DNA from: a virus
Direction: 5' to 3' (one strand)
DNA: 64,000 nt
IMG/VR virus record: IMGVR_UViG_3300043427_003610
Span: 20,554 to 84,553 of that record
Shown: positions 63,179 through 64,000 of the stretch, piece by piece
How positions within the stretch are numbered: the stretch's first letter is position 1
How the letters are laid out: each line of letters starts with the position of its first letter
Notes under the pieces: model-generated
Database searches by the model: none
The model's input: only the letters and a program-made list of their open reading frames with translations
What the model was told of the DNA's origin: nothing
Made by a program: the position numbers and the translations under genes

Positions 63179-64000
63179 CTATGCCGCTTCGGTCCCCGGA
63201 TCCCCAGTGGAGAATACGTTTCGGGCGATCTGGTAGATATCATCCCGCGAAGCCTTACGGATGCGGTTGACCGACATGCCGTACCGGTTGTTGCAGCTGC
63301 GATTCAGGTGCCTGGCCGAATCGAATCCGAAGTGTCTGGCGACACGCCCGGGAGTCCACACGTTAATGTCCAAGATGTGCTTGAGGACCAACAGCCGCGT
63401 TGCACTCAAAATCGATTCCGGCGAATGGAAATTGTGACGCTTGCATTCTTCCCACAGCAGACGGCGCTTGTACGCGGCGCTGTGGGCCTTGCCGAAGTAA
63501 ATCTTCTCCGCCAACGTCTTGACGCTCGCCGAACTGCTGTGTTCAAGGAACCGGGCAAGAAACTCGCCGCTCTCACCCGTAGGCACATGCTGCGCTAGCT
63601 CCCGGTGCACCCGCGATACCAAGTCAAAGTTGCCGAGTTCGGCGATCCGCTGTGTCCAGAATGCGGCAGTCGCCGCGTTACTGGCCGGATGCAACGAATA
63701 CACACCGGCCTTACCAAGCTGAAAGTACACGTGCTGGTCGGCAGGAAGCACCGACGGTGCGGCGATGACGTCCACGTGCACGAACGGATGGATTGCCAGT
63801 TGCGTGCTGATGACTTGCAGTGCCTGTGCGGCCGAACAGCTGGCGAGGTCGAACACGACAATGGTGGAAATGCCAAAGTCACGCACAACGCCGTCCAAGT
63901 CTTTTGCGTTGCGAGTCGCAATGGCGACCTCGTGTACCCGCTCCGCCTCCAAGATACCCTGCGCCACGGCCTGCTGAATGGCCGGGCGCAGCTTACACGT
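63179..64000 (-). CDS. AraC-type HTH regulator with a receiver-like N-terminus (5' end may lie outside the window)
   Basis: SVKTLAEKI..SPESILSATRL..VARHFGFDSARHLNRSCNNRYGMS; frame open to the window edge. Confidence 0.65.
   Translation of the reverse strand, partial: TCKLRPAIQQAVAQGILEAERVHEVAIATRNAKDLDGVVRDFGISTIVVFDLASCSAAQALQVISTQLAIHPFVHVDVIAAPSVLPADQHVYFQLGKAGVYSLHPASNAATAAFWTQRIAELGNFDLVSRVHRELAQHVPTGESGEFLARFLEHSSSASVKTLAEKIYFGKAHSAAYKRRLLWEECKRHNFHSPESILSATRLLVLKHILDINVWTPGRVARHFGFDSARHLNRSCNNRYGMSVNRIRKASRDDIYQIARNVFSTGDPGTEAA

Noticed and set aside
63179-64000. Host chromosome or prophage boundary at the lower-GC AraC-like gene
   Set aside because: No att repeat was seen here, and the att-like site is internal and looks intact. 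It is more likely a phage-borne regulator, though sequence beyond the window is needed to be sure.

Overview
This window is a contiguous piece of a GC-rich, temperate, long-tailed (siphovirus-type) phage genome with no host housekeeping genes. The + arm (1 to ~52.3 kb) runs: dNMP kinase, RuvC-like resolvase, two adjacent half-sigma genes (sigma4-only, then sigma2-only), terminase, portal, a free-standing LAGLIDADG endonuclease, a GT4 glycosyltransferase, protease/scaffold, decoration and major capsid proteins, neck and tail genes, a 2452-aa tape measure, large tail-tip proteins, a repeat-built tail fibre with an S74 chaperone, lysis genes with dUTPase, a tyrosine integrase and an attP-like region carrying a 5' tRNA-Ala fragment. 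The - arm (64 to ~52.3 kb) carries an AraC-like regulator, a third sigma-like gene, a Cas4-like nuclease, an SSB, class II RNR, an Acb2/Tad1-like protein, thioredoxin, a glycosyltransferase and two methyltransferases. The strongest unexplained signal is a candidate private transcription system. There are two sense-oriented intergenic motif families: GTAAG-N15-GTCA(A)TT (7 copies, exact spacing) and CGACTTATT (5 exact copies plus variants). Their -10-like elements often sit in the loops of hairpins or terminators, and they co-occur with the split sigma genes. All protein calls come from motif recognition by eye; no database searches were run.
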